Part shown: in pieces, positions 13,464 to 24,525 of the stretch | Layout of the letters: each line of letters starts with the position of its first letter | How positions within the stretch are numbered: position 1 is the stretch's first letter | Assembly: GCF_018350175.1 (NCBI RefSeq) | Contig: NC_058368.1 | Coordinates: forward strand, 16,370,001-16,434,000 | From: Felis catus | Lineage: Eukaryota | Direction of reading: 5' to 3' | DNA: 64,000 nt | Position numbers and translations under genes: made by a program | The notes under the pieces: model-generated | What the model saw: only the letters and a program-made list of their open reading frames with translations | What the model was told of the DNA's origin: nothing | Database searches by the model: none

Positions 13464-13695
13464 TTTTTTTTTTAATTTTTTTTTTCAACTTTTTTTTTTA
13501 ATTTATTTTTGGGATAGAGAGAGACAGAGCATGAACGGGCGAGGGGCAGAGAGAGAGGGAGACACAGAATCGGAAACAGGCTCCAGGCTCCGAGCCATCA
13601 GCCCAGAGCCTGACGCGGGGCTCGAACTCACGGACCGCGAGATTGTGACCTGGCTGAAGTCGGACGCTTAACCGACTGCGCCACCCAGGCGCCCC
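13464..13695 (-). mobile_element. Young felid SINE (SINEC_Fc-like)
   Basis: Near-intact CpG-rich body; TSD cag(a/g)gatgcattttt at 13454-13468 and 13696-13710. Confidence 0.95.
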
Positions 13696-14644
13696 CAGGG
13701 ATGCATTTTTAAAAGGGTTCTCATGTTAGCATATCTTTCTATCCAAAGGGATATCTAAAACAAAATAATTAAAGTGGTTTCTACTGTTCCAAGAGTTGGC
13801 AGTTACCTTCAATTGTTTACTACCTTGGGGTTGCATTTACCTCAACACCTGGGACAGCTACTAAATCTTGAGAATTGCTTCAGATCAGACAGCATTTCTC
13901 AGATGTATCCTCTACTCTTATCTTTTTGGACACTGAATTCTCAGTCCTACTCTTTTTGGATAACTGAGTTCTCAGTCCTAACCTGATGGTGGCCTTCCTG
14001 GTGGCTTCGTGCCTCCAACCTATCTCCTAAAGCACCAGGAATCATTTAACTACAAAGTGTGGATGTTGTGACTGTGAAGAACATTTGGGATCCTTTCAAT
14101 CTGTGCTTTGCGTTTTACAATTCATCTGTCTTCTTACCTAGCCCGCTGTTCATCTTTATTCTCTTGTCAAACCTGCCATTCTCGGTTAAAGGATCTTCTT
14201 CAGGGTTTTTTTATTTGTTTTTGCCTATAAGACCCTATTGACTTCACTCATTCTTTCAAAACCTCTAAGAACTCAGGCAGAATAACAAAAACATTTTATA
14301 CCTGTGACTTGAGCATATATATTTCATGTATTCCACCTATCTCCTCTGATGGAATAAAAAACACAAAAAAACCTCAGGGAGAAAGACTAAGTTTGTAAGT
14401 TACAATTAAGCACAAACCTTCAATTTCCTGCTACCAAAGCTGTGCATAGGACAGAGAAGGTTTTTGTTGTTGTTTTTAACATGTTGGTTACCACATGTTT
14501 CAGGCTTAGAAATCAGACTGGAATTTCAAAAACTAAAGCTCACTCATTCGAATGTTGCTAGGATCAGCAAGTTAAAATGCCACAAGGCACTAGGATTTTC
14601 TCTGTCTCCAAGTCCCCTCCACATTTCAGATTTAATGTGCTTTA

Positions 14645-14858
14645 AATTTTTTTTAATGCTTATTTAGTTTTGAGAGAGGGAGACACATAGTGCGAGCAGG
14701 GGAGGGGCAGAGAGCGAGGGAGACACAGAATCTGAAGCAGGCTCCAGGCTCCGAGCTGTCAGCACAGAGCCCAAAGGCAGGGCTCGAACCTATAGACCGC
14801 AAGATCATGACCTGAGCTGAAGTCAGCTGCTTAACCAACTGAGCCATCTAGGTGCCCC
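14645..14858 (-). mobile_element. CAN-SINE
   Basis: Perfect TSD agatttaatgtgcttta at 14628-14644 and 14859-14875. Confidence 0.95.
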
Positions 14859-15059
14859 AGATTTAATGTGCTTTAGAATAATGTATTTTGAAAGGAGATT
14901 TCACTGCTTAAAAAAAAAGAAGCTTGAATTTAAGAGTAAGAAGGCACACAGGCTTGCTGAAACTCTTGGCCAAGTTGCCAGTTCTGATTATAAATGTGCT
15001 GCATCTGGTTCCCTGCTCTGCAGAACCTGCCCCCTGGTGATGAGGATACAAACGGTTAC

Positions 15060-15149
15060 CTTAAAGTTCTCTTCAGTCAGACCTTCTTCAGTTTTGGCAT
15101 CTCTGATCATTGCGGCCACATACCTCTTCACCAGGTTCCGCATAACCTC
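15060..15149 (-). CDS. TRPC4: TRPC4 coding exon (exon 10), 90 bp
   Basis: [30 protein letters not shown]; acceptor CCTCAG|, donor AAG|GTAACC; preceded by a 127-bp intron. Confidence 0.97.
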
Positions 15150-15276
15150 CTGAGGCATGTCGAAACAACAGAACTGACATTCAGTGCATAAATAGGAATT
15201 CTCTCTTGAGTCCATTCTAAAGATGGGACTGTACTTCATTTTAATGCAAATTTCAAGATAGAATAGAATAACTTAC

Positions 15277-15318
15277 TTGATACTGGTGATGTCTTCTCAA
15301 ATTATCAGCAGCTCGCCT
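15277..15318 (-). CDS. TRPC4: TRPC4 micro-exon (exon 9), 42 bp, start of CIRB region
   Basis: Not in the ORF track; read by hand as AGG CGA GCT GCT GAT AAT TTG AGA AGA CAT CAC CAG TAT CAA = RRAADNLRRHHQYQ; acceptor TTTCCTTTTCAG|, donor CAA|GTAAGT. Confidence 0.96.
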
Positions 15319-15391
15319 CTGAAAAGGAAAAAGGCCTTTACTTTTCAGTTAGTGTGATATATTACCATTTTGGAAAATAATTGATTGTTCC

Positions 15392-15590
15392 TTTTTAAAA
15401 AAATTAATTTATTTGTTTTGAGAGAAAGAGAGAGAGCAGGGGAGGGGCAGAGAGTGAGGAAGAGAGAATCCCAAGCCCCGCACTGTCAGCGCAAAGTCTG
15501 ACACGGGGCTCGATCTCATGAACCATGAGATCGTGACCTGAGCCAAGATGAAGAGTCGGTCGCTTAACCGACTGAGCCACCCAGGCACCC
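15392..15590 (-). mobile_element. CAN-SINE about 70 bp upstream of exon 9
   Basis: SINE body; degenerate TSD aatt(g/c)attgttc..ttttaa. Confidence 0.92.
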
Positions 15591-15789
15591 AATTCATTGT
15601 TCTTTTAATCGAGAATATATTTTTCCTCACTTCTCCAGAATGAACATTTTACTAGACAATGAACAATAGCTAGAGAGTGCTTCACATGAATCAAAAAGAA
15701 TGAATGACACAAAACAACAAAGTGCAAGGTTATAATCCCTATGTCAGTTAACATATAGACCAAGTCAACAATGATGGGAAGGTTGTTCT

Positions 15790-15987
15790 TTTAAATATTT
15801 TAAATGTTTACTTATTTATTTTTGAGGGGGTGGGGAGGCAGAGAGAGCTGGAGACACAGAATCTAAAGCAGGATCCAGGCTCTGAACTGTCAGCACAGAG
15901 CCCAACATGGGCTGGAACCCATGAACCGTGAGATCATGACCTGAGCCGAAGTCAGATGCTTAACCAACTGAGCCACCCAGGCACCCC
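15790..15987 (-). mobile_element. CAN-SINE
   Basis: SINE body; flanks ggaaggttgttctttta / ggaatgttctttta. Confidence 0.92.
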
Positions 15988-17689
15988 GGGAATGTTCTTT
16001 TAACAGAAGGTGATAGAAAATTAGATAATCATAGCTGATACTACCCCAGATCACTTGCAATAATTCCAAGAGATACAGATGAGACATATCAAATACAAAA
16101 TAAATATCAAATAAAAATAAAAATTCAATAGAATAAAAAGCTTACATTATAATAATATATGGAGGTCTTCATAAATATCAACATAGCAAGTCTGAGAATT
16201 TAGCCATTACATGCAACATGTAATCAGAAACAATGTCAGACCACTACACCCCCAACACTAATTTCAATCAAATGTACATTAAGAAGGGACTGCTGCTTTA
16301 ATTAGATAGTTAGATTTAAGAAAAAGTGGAAGATTCTGTTCAAACATAGGGTTCATAAATTCATCATTTTAAAAAGTAAATATGAGTCCCGGCTATCATT
16401 ATAACAATATCAGAATGGTTTGGGGATGCAACTGGGTTTAGCACAGAGCAGTGGTGCTGGAGTGCAGAATGGAGAGAGATGATGCCCAATGACTAAAAAA
16501 AAAAAAAGTCCATTATAAATTGAATAAAATAATAAATGACACTAATTGCATATTTGCAGATTTCACAAATATTTTAAAGATACCAGAAAAAAGCTATCAA
16601 AATTGTATTTTATGCATGTTGAATAATCAACATTTATTATTAAGGAAACCGAACAAACTTATCTAAAATAAAAATATTCGTGTAATAAAGGAATGAATTT
16701 GGTAGATTGTAAGAAAGCAAAGACATAACATATCTAGGGTTTAAACAAATCTTTTTATCTTGTTCCTTACTAAATACTTAATCATAGGCTGATAAAATAG
16801 AATTTTATAAAGAGTTAGGAATACATCACTGTGAAACGATATTAGGAAAAAAATCAAACAATGCAAAAGAAACTTTTTTTTCTCTTTAGGGGAATAGGAG
16901 GAAATGGCATTTTCCCTGGCCAGGAGAATAGATTTGTTTTTCATGATTATTAGTGACTTTTAGGAGCAGTTGAGACAATGTTTAACTTCTTAAAAGCCAC
17001 TAATTTATTTAAATACCATTCATTTTCAAATGAATCTTAAACAAGTTTTCAATATGATTATGGTATTCCTTAAAGACTGGGAAGTTTGAAATTCACTACA
17101 AAATTAGGATATCTTGGAAAAAAAACAGCATGAGAAGGAATTTTATGACAGGGCCACAAGATGGAGGTATATGACTACCATTGAGACATAGTTTAGCTGA
17201 CATCCAAGACAAAAAGGACTTCTATAAGGAAAGGAGCCATCCAGATCTCCTTAAGCTTACCTCAAGTGGACACAAATACTAAAGCAAGATATACGCCAAG
17301 TTCTTTAACACTCTCACTATAGATATTGTACAGGAGATCTGCATTCCATGATTTTAGTAGATAGAAACTCTGAATTTAGTATAGAATTTAGTCAACTCAG
17401 TTTTGATTATTTTGAGTTTCTATTGTATTTTGCTATTCTGTTTTGGTCAAAAAAGTCAATAAAAAGTAGGCAGCAGATGGCAATCTGAAGTCATGATTTA
17501 ACTTTACATTTCCTTAATGAAAAATTAAAGAGTGACAGAATCAGAAAATTATGAGTAATAAGAGAAAATGATCACAATGCATCGTAGTATTCAAAAGAGT
17601 ACAAACTGTCTTTCCTTCAACAGAACCTAATTCATAAACAGATCTCAAAATTTTAATACAAATATAAGAAGATCAAATATTACACTTCA

Positions 17690-17826
17690 TTTATTTATTT
17701 ACTTATTTATTTTTTGTGAGAGATCGAGCTCACCGCACATGTGGGGAAGAGAGGCAGACAGAAGGAGAGAATCTTAAGCTCAGTGCAGAGCCTAATGCAA
17801 GACTCGATTCCATGACCCTGGGATCA
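17690..17826 (-). mobile_element. Truncated, diverged CAN-SINE
   Basis: (TTTA)n tail, partial body; flanked by gatcaaatattacactt / gatcaaagattacactt. Confidence 0.7.
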
Positions 17827-18175
17827 AAGATTACACTTTAAAAACTAATTCCAGGTTTATTTATTTATTTTTTTAGGGAAAAGGTTTTTAAAAAGCAAAA
17901 TAGTCTCGCAGAAAGAGAGTACATAGAAAAAGTTTTCTATGATGAATTTTAGGAACTATTCAATATCCATAGCCCATATCTGTATAAGTTAAAACAGTTA
18001 ATTGTTTCTGCTCCACTTTTCTTCAACACCTACGTTGTAATACAAGTCAGTTGAACTTCAGTATCCTAGGAAAATAAGAATGGATGAAGCTAAACATCTT
18101 CTGAATATCGAAACAAATGAATGCAATACATTCGCCAATGATGACCACTACATAATGCAGCTCAGATCTCTCTCA

Positions 18176-18208
<33 letters not shown>

Positions 18209-18425
18209 TTCTATTTATTTATTTACTTTAAAATGTTTATTTAATTATTTTTGAGAGAGAGAGCACGAGTAGGGAGGGGCAGAGAGAGAAGAGACAGAGA
18301 ATCCCAAGCAGGCTCTGTCCTGGTAGCACAGAGTCGGATGCAGAGCTGGAACTCACGAACCATGAGGTTGTGACCTGAGCTGAAATCAAGAGTTGGATTA
18401 ACTGACTGAGCCACACAGGCACCCC
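18176..18425 (-). mobile_element. CAN-SINE with (TCTG)n microsatellite in tail
   Basis: SINE body; TSD ctctcatgtct on both sides. Confidence 0.9.
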
Positions 18426-19059
18426 TCTCATGTCTATTTAATCTCTCCTTTTCTGGCTAGCACCACAGACATTGTAGACTATCACTATTATGCCTCCCTG
18501 TTTCTACTTTCTTACTTTCTGGCAGCTGGTGGAGTATCACTTTAAGAACATGTACTCAGGGATCACACTGGGTTTAAAGGTGACTGAACCTAAATAAGGA
18601 ACTTATCTCTGAGGTCCTCTCCCATCCCCATATTTTTATTCTCTAAGGTAAAGATAAACTCACTGGATGGTTTTGAAGATTAAATTAGATAAGAGATTTA
18701 AGACATCTATCACTGACTAATGTTAAATAGTTCCCATCCTTTTTCCATTTTTTCCCCTTTCAAATTAATAACATGATTTAACACAGTTTTTAAAAAATAT
18801 TCTTGATTCACAAAACTTGTGGATAATTTGACACATATCAGGATTACCCCAGAGGAAGTAAAAGAGGATGTAATTGTTTCTTTTTGTGTGATTTGCATGA
18901 CATTTCATGCTTGAGGAGCATTTTATTTAGGTAAAGAGTTGAATGCTTTTAACCTAGGCAATAGAGGTTTGAAAGTAAGAAATTTGCATTTAAGTAATAG
19001 GGTGAGGAGATAGTTTTAGTAAATATGGATAGATGTGACACAAGTTCTGTATGCAGTAA

Positions 19060-20150
19060 TTTTTGTTTTATTAAGACTCTTTTTTTAAGAGCAATTTAAG
19101 CTTCACAGAAAAATTGGCACGTTATAATTGATTAATCTACACTGATACATTATAATCAGCTAAAGTCTGTGGTTTGCATTACTGTTTACTCTTGGTGTTG
19201 TAAATTTTACAGGTTTGGACAAATGTATAATGACATATATCTATCATTATAATTTCATACAGAGTATTTTAACTATCCTAAAAATCTTCTATTCTTTGAC
19301 TGTTTATCCCTCCCTCCCCTGATCCCACCACTTCAGCTTTGTAACCATGAATCTTTTTACTATCTCCATAATTTTGCTTCTTCCAGAATATAATATAGTT
19401 AGAATCATACTGTATATAGCTTCTTCAGGTTGGCTGTTTCATTTGGTAATACTTAAGGTTTCTCTAAGTCCTTGCATGCCTTGATAGGTCATTTCTTTTA
19501 TTACTGAATAAATAATATTCAAGTGTCTGGATATACCATAGCTTCTTTATCCATTCATCTACTGAGGGAAATCTTGGCTGCTTCCAAGTTTGGGCAATTA
19601 TGAATAAAGTTGCTATAAACATTCTTGTGCAAATTTGGTGTGAACATACCAAATTTTCTTTTTTTTTTTTTTAAATAAAAAAAATTAATGTTTGATTTTG
19701 GTAGGCAGAGAGAGAGAGCTAGAGAGAGAGAGAGAGAGAGATGGAGAATGAGTGGCGGAGGGGTAGAGAGAGAGGGAGACACAGAACCTGAAGCAGGCTC
19801 CAGGCTCTGAGCTGTCAGCACAGAGCCAGATGAGGGGCTTGAACCACGAACATGGGATCATGACCTGAGCTGAAGTGGGTGCTTAATTGACTGAGCCACC
19901 CAGGTGCCCCTGGAAATAAGTTTTCACTTATTTCACTCATTTCACTCCTTTGTCAAGGAGTGAGACTGCTGGATTGTATGGTAAGAATATGTTTAGTTTT
20001 GTAAGAAACCATCAAACTATCTTCCAAAGTAACCTACCCTTTTGCATTCCCACCAGCAATGAATGAGAGTTCCTGTTGCTTCGCATCCTTACTAGCATTT
20101 GCTGTTGTTGGTGGTCTAGTTTTTAGGCAATCCAATAGGTGTGGAGCAGT
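19060..20150 (-). mobile_element. Old L1 (L1MC-like) 3' fragment, sense to TRPC4, interrupted by a SINE
   Basis: Minus ORF 19464-19652 ([28 protein letters not shown]) is an L1 ORF2 C-terminus; L1MC-type 3' UTR. Confidence 0.82.
19637..19910 (-). mobile_element. CAN-SINE nested in L1
   Basis: SINE body, (GA)n and poly(T) on +. Confidence 0.92.
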
Positions 20151-20855
20151 GGTCATTCATCTTTTTTGATGTTCTGAAAATTTTATGAACATCTCTGCAT
20201 AATATTGGATTTTTGCTGTGACTTCCATGAATTTTCCTTTGTGGGTTTCTATTTCATGAATCTTAGCTTCTAGGGCCAATTTAAGATCTATTTATTAAGT
20301 GGTTGCAGGTACGTGGAAGAGGCTGCAGAAACCAGAGATAAATAAAACACACCTTTTGCCCTTAAACGGCTTGTTGTCTACTAGGTGGATGCCAGATTCT
20401 CTAGAGATGAAGGTAGAATACAAGCAACAACATGGGGGTGGGGGTGGCGTCTTAATGTTATTTGAGTACAGGGAAGGAACAAGTAATATTGGGCAAAGCG
20501 GCCTTCAAACAGGGAAGGGGATTTCAGACTGGATGAGAAAGAATCATGGAACTTTAACAGTCAGATGCACAGACATTCAGGTGTGCAGAAAACTGGAATA
20601 CAGTGAGCAAATATGCTAGTGCTGGTGCTGGTGGGTGAGAGACACGGGAAGGCAACTTCCACCAGGACAGCAGCAGTGTGCTCTGATAATAGGAATATAT
20701 GGATTAGATCATGTTGGAGAGTTAGCAAGGGTTTTTTATGCAGCATCTTAGAAGGCACGGTGAATTCAGTGGTTGGTAGGCACCTGGCTTTTTGACTACT
20801 TGAGTGACATGTGAAGACAGTTGAACTTCTATGATAATTACCTGGCAACAGTATG

Positions 20856-21070
20856 TTTTTCTACATTTTTTTTTTTGATATTTAATTACTTTTGAGAGAG
20901 ATAGTGTGAGCAGGCAAAGGGAAGAGAGAGGGAGACACAGAATCGGAAGCAGACTCCAGGCTCTGAGCTGTCAGCATGGAGCCCCACTCGGGGCTTGAGC
21001 CCACGAATTGTGAGATCATGACCTGAGCCACAGTTGGATGCCTAACCGACTGAGCCACTCAGGCACCCCC
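20856..21070 (-). mobile_element. CAN-SINE
   Basis: SINE body; degenerate TSD tggcaacagtatg / tggcagcaatatg. Confidence 0.92.
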
Positions 21071-21340
21071 TTGGCAGCAATATGAAGTAGGAAAGATGAG
21101 TAGGAGAGAATCAGTAGATATTAGTGGGGATGCTATTACCAGAATGTAACTGAAGAGTAACTGGGTGTGAGCTAAAATGGTTCGCAGTGTGAATGGGAAG
21201 GAGGGGGCAGCAAGAATCACAAGGAGATAGAGAATGTTGAAAGGGAACAGAAGCCAGGGGGTTGGCAGCTGGGGTGGGAGCATGATGACAAAGATTTTTA
21301 GCCTAGTTGCTGAGATGTTGGTGCTATTAAAAAATGCCAG

Positions 21341-21570
21341 TGGGGTCTCCTGGGTGGCTCAGTCGGTTAAGCATCAGACTTTTGGTTTCGGCTTAGGTCC
21401 TGATCTCATGATCTCATGGTTTGTGAGTTTGAGCCCTGCATTGGACTTCATGCTGACATTGTAGAGCCTGCTTGGGATTCTCTCTCCCTCTCTCCCTCTC
21501 TCCCTTTCTCTCTTCCCTCCCCCTGCTTATGCGCTCTCATTCTCTTAAAATAAACTTGAAAAAATAAATT
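21341..21570 (+). mobile_element. CAN-SINE (antisense to TRPC4)
   Basis: ggggtctcctgggtggctcagtcggttaag head, CT-rich linker, A tail. Confidence 0.9.
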
Positions 21571-21937
21571 TCAATACCTGACAATTAACACATAGGATTA
21601 AGAACAGACGTATTATTTCTTAGAACCAAAGAGCTTGTCTAGTCTCATGGCCTCATTTATAAGTAAGGAGACCAAGGCCCACAGAGTCGAGAGAGTGACT
21701 AAATACCACGGTGTTCTTCTGGCGGTGCTGGCTCTAGAATCCCCAGCTAGAACTCATTCTCTACACTCTGCTCTCCATCAACTAGACACTAAGAGACATT
21801 TGAACACATCTGCTATGTATTCTATAGTTTTGCCTTCCTCTCCCAATACATCTTAACTTGAGGGTCAGCACCATTAACACACTGGATCCATATTTACTCG
21901 AACGAAAATCAGTAACCACAGAATGCATGGTATATGT

Positions 21938-22386
21938 TGTATTAGTTTCTTAGGGCTGCCATACAAAGTGTCACAATCTGTGTGGCTTAAGCCAACAGAA
22001 ATTGATGATCTCACCATTCTGGAGGCAAGAAGTCACAAGTCAAGAGGGAAATGTTCCCTCTGAGGCAGGGTAGAAGAAAGGAAGTATCTTCTTCCCAGCT
22101 TTTCATGGTGACTATCAATCCTTGATGCTCGTTTGTTTGCAGCTGGATAATCCCAATCTCTGCCTCTGTCTTCACAAGGTGTTTTCTGCCTGTGTCTCTG
22201 TGTCTTCACATGGTCATGTTCTTATAAGGACTCTACTGCAATATGACCTCATCTTAACCTGACTAATTACATCAGCAATGACACTATTTCCAAATAAAGT
22301 CGCATTCTGAGGAAGTGGAGTTTAGGACTTCAACGTATCTGTTTTCGCAGGGGGGGGTGGGTGGGTACACAATTCAACCCATAATA
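21938..22386 (-). mobile_element. MaLR solo LTR (MLT1B/C-like)
   Basis: tgtattagtttcttagggctgcc...cacaattcaacccataata ends; 5-bp TSD tatgt at 21933-21937 and 22387-22391. Confidence 0.85.
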
Positions 22387-24109
22387 TATGTACTCTTTGC
22401 AATAACCATAATGATAATTTGGGCAATTAGTGGTATTATTAAATACTATACAGTAGAATTATCATCAGTAATAACTAGCACGTTTGCTAGGTTTTTGTTG
22501 GGTAAAGATCAGCTGAGTTTCAAAGGAATTTACTCTCACAGGAGAAGGTACCACATCTTATAATGATCACTGGAGATGACGGAGAACAGAACTGACCAAT
22601 CTGTGTTCATAAAAACAATGCAGTATGTTGGAGAAAGATGTGCATTTTAAGTTAGCGGTTTTCTCTGCAAATTATGTCAGGAATCTAGCGCCACTTACAG
22701 AATGTACCTTGGCAGGGTGGCTTTCCACGCGGGTGCCCAAGGCACACCTGTGCGCCACATCAGCATAACTCACGGTTTGCAGGTTCCTCTTGATTTGTTA
22801 GGACAAGATAAAGGCAGGATGTGGATCACAGAACTAATGATAAAGGAAAAGACCAAAGAAACCGCTGCTGCTGTGAGGGCACCCCTCATGTCCATAGACG
22901 TGTCAGGTCAGGTTGCCTTAGAGCAGGAAGGGTTTTGCAGTCGTGAAAGAAAGGGCTCTGGGGAATCAACTGTGACATTTTCTCGCTCTTTATCTCTAGT
23001 TCTCTCCACATCCATGTGGAGTGTCAGGCTCATTTCGTGTAGCTGGTTCCCTGCAGTCAATTGTCAGTGCTGCTCTCTCTCATTTCCACCCTGGTTTTGG
23101 TCTATCACTGATTTCAAGCCCATGAATTATGCCTTTTATTCTTTGCTCTGCTTGGTGAATCCCTTAGGGGATGCAGCATGCTGTGCTCTTTTCCTTTTAA
23201 AAATGAGTAAAAAGACAAGGGGCCATTCTAAGATGTGATCCCTTTTTAAAAATTACATTTTGGCTCACTTACAGAGGGAGCTACATATTATTCTCTATAA
23301 GCACACTTTCTATGCATATGAAAATAAACATTATAACATGCTTGAATGTCACCTTGTGAAACCAAATATTCAGAGTTTTACTCTTGAAGTACCAAGAATA
23401 TCAAGCAATTCATTCCTCTACATCCCGACCTGGGAAAGAAAACTTAATTAACGGGCCCCACCAGCAGATTTTACAGCAGTAAATTAGGGGTTGAGAGAGA
23501 CTCATGGATGAATGCTATCTGATCTGTAAGATTTGTAGTTAGGACTACTAAAAGTCATGAAGAATAAGGGACAATACCTTCTGATAAAAATACAGTCTGA
23601 AAAGCATGTACTATTAGCATTTGTCCTCCAGTGATGTAGCTGCTGCTAATCCAGTCACTGTTTCTAATTCTTTGGCAGCGACATAACTGAGTGTATTTCT
23701 GTGGCAACTGGTCAAGCATGAGTATTCCGTCTGTGGTCCTAGAGCTGAGTGATGCTAAATGACCCTAACAGACATGGTGTTTCATGTTTTCCTCACTATG
23801 TTGTGCTCAAGAGAAAACCAGAAAGTGGAAAACATAAATCCAAGCAAGTTAAAATCACTCTTTATAATTCTGTCAAAAGGCTTCACATGTCTTAGTCTGG
23901 CATCTTGACCTATTAACGTAAGCATTCCATTTTAGAAACCTGGTCTATGGCATTGAAATGTTTCATATTAATTAAACACTTTGGCAGTGACATCTTTTTA
24001 CTTTAATTAAATGATCTGGACCCCTTCAGCAATGAGGACAAAAGTTGCTTTTGTTTTTGTTTAAAAAGCTATGCTAGATACCAATGCTTTCCCTAACAGG
24101 AGTTTCTCG

Positions 24110-24302
24110 TTCTCCTCCTCCCCCTCCTCCTCCTCCTCCTCCTCCCCCTCCTCCTCCTCCCCCTCCTCCTCCCCCTCCTCCTCCTCCTCCTCCTCCTCCT
24201 CCTCCCCCTCCTCCTCCTCCTCCTCCTCCCCCTCCTCCTCCCCCTCCTCCTCCCCCTCCTCCTCCTCCTCCTCCCCCTCCTCCTCCTCCCTCTTCTTCTT
24301 TT
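24110..24302. repeat. (TCC)n/(GGA)n polypyrimidine tract, 193 nt
   Basis: Only C and T on + between 24110 and 24302; TCC units with recurring CCC interruptions. Confidence 0.98.
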
Positions 24303-24525
24303 AATCTGTTTTAATGTTTATTTATTCTCTAGAGAGAGAGAGAGAGAGAGAGACAGAGCACTAGTGGGGGAAGGGCAGAGAGAGAGGAAGATACAGAATC
24401 CAAAGCAGGTTCCAGGCTCTGAGGTGTTAGCACAGAGCCCGATGCGGGGCTTGAACTCACGAACTGTGACATCATGGCCTGAGCTGAAGTCAGTAGTTTA
24501 ACTGACTGAGCCACCCAGGCACCCC
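24301..24525 (-). mobile_element. CAN-SINE whose tail continues into the (GGA)n tract
   Basis: TSD taacaggagtttct at 24094-24107 and 24530-24543 encloses both SINE and repeat. Confidence 0.93.

Noticed and set aside
15147..15152. NAGNAG acceptor CAG|GAG at exon 10
   Set aside because: GAG is rarely used as an acceptor; no support from sequence alone
14988..15239. ORF extending exon 10 on both sides as a novel isoform
   Set aside because: Intron 9 retention hits TGA after 7 codons; the 23-codon read-through into intron 10 is unremarkable without expression data
20655..20675. REST/RE1 site (ccaccaggacagcagc)
   Set aside because: Only the right half-site matches; left half TTCAGCACC and spacing are wrong
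22702..23238. 178-aa plus-strand ORF in intron 8
   Set aside because: No recognisable domain or homology; likely chance in a locally GC-richer unique stretch, though not excluded without a search
24071..24314. Poly-Ser and poly-Pro ORFs
   Set aside because: Translation artefacts of the (TCC)n tract; no splice or promoter context
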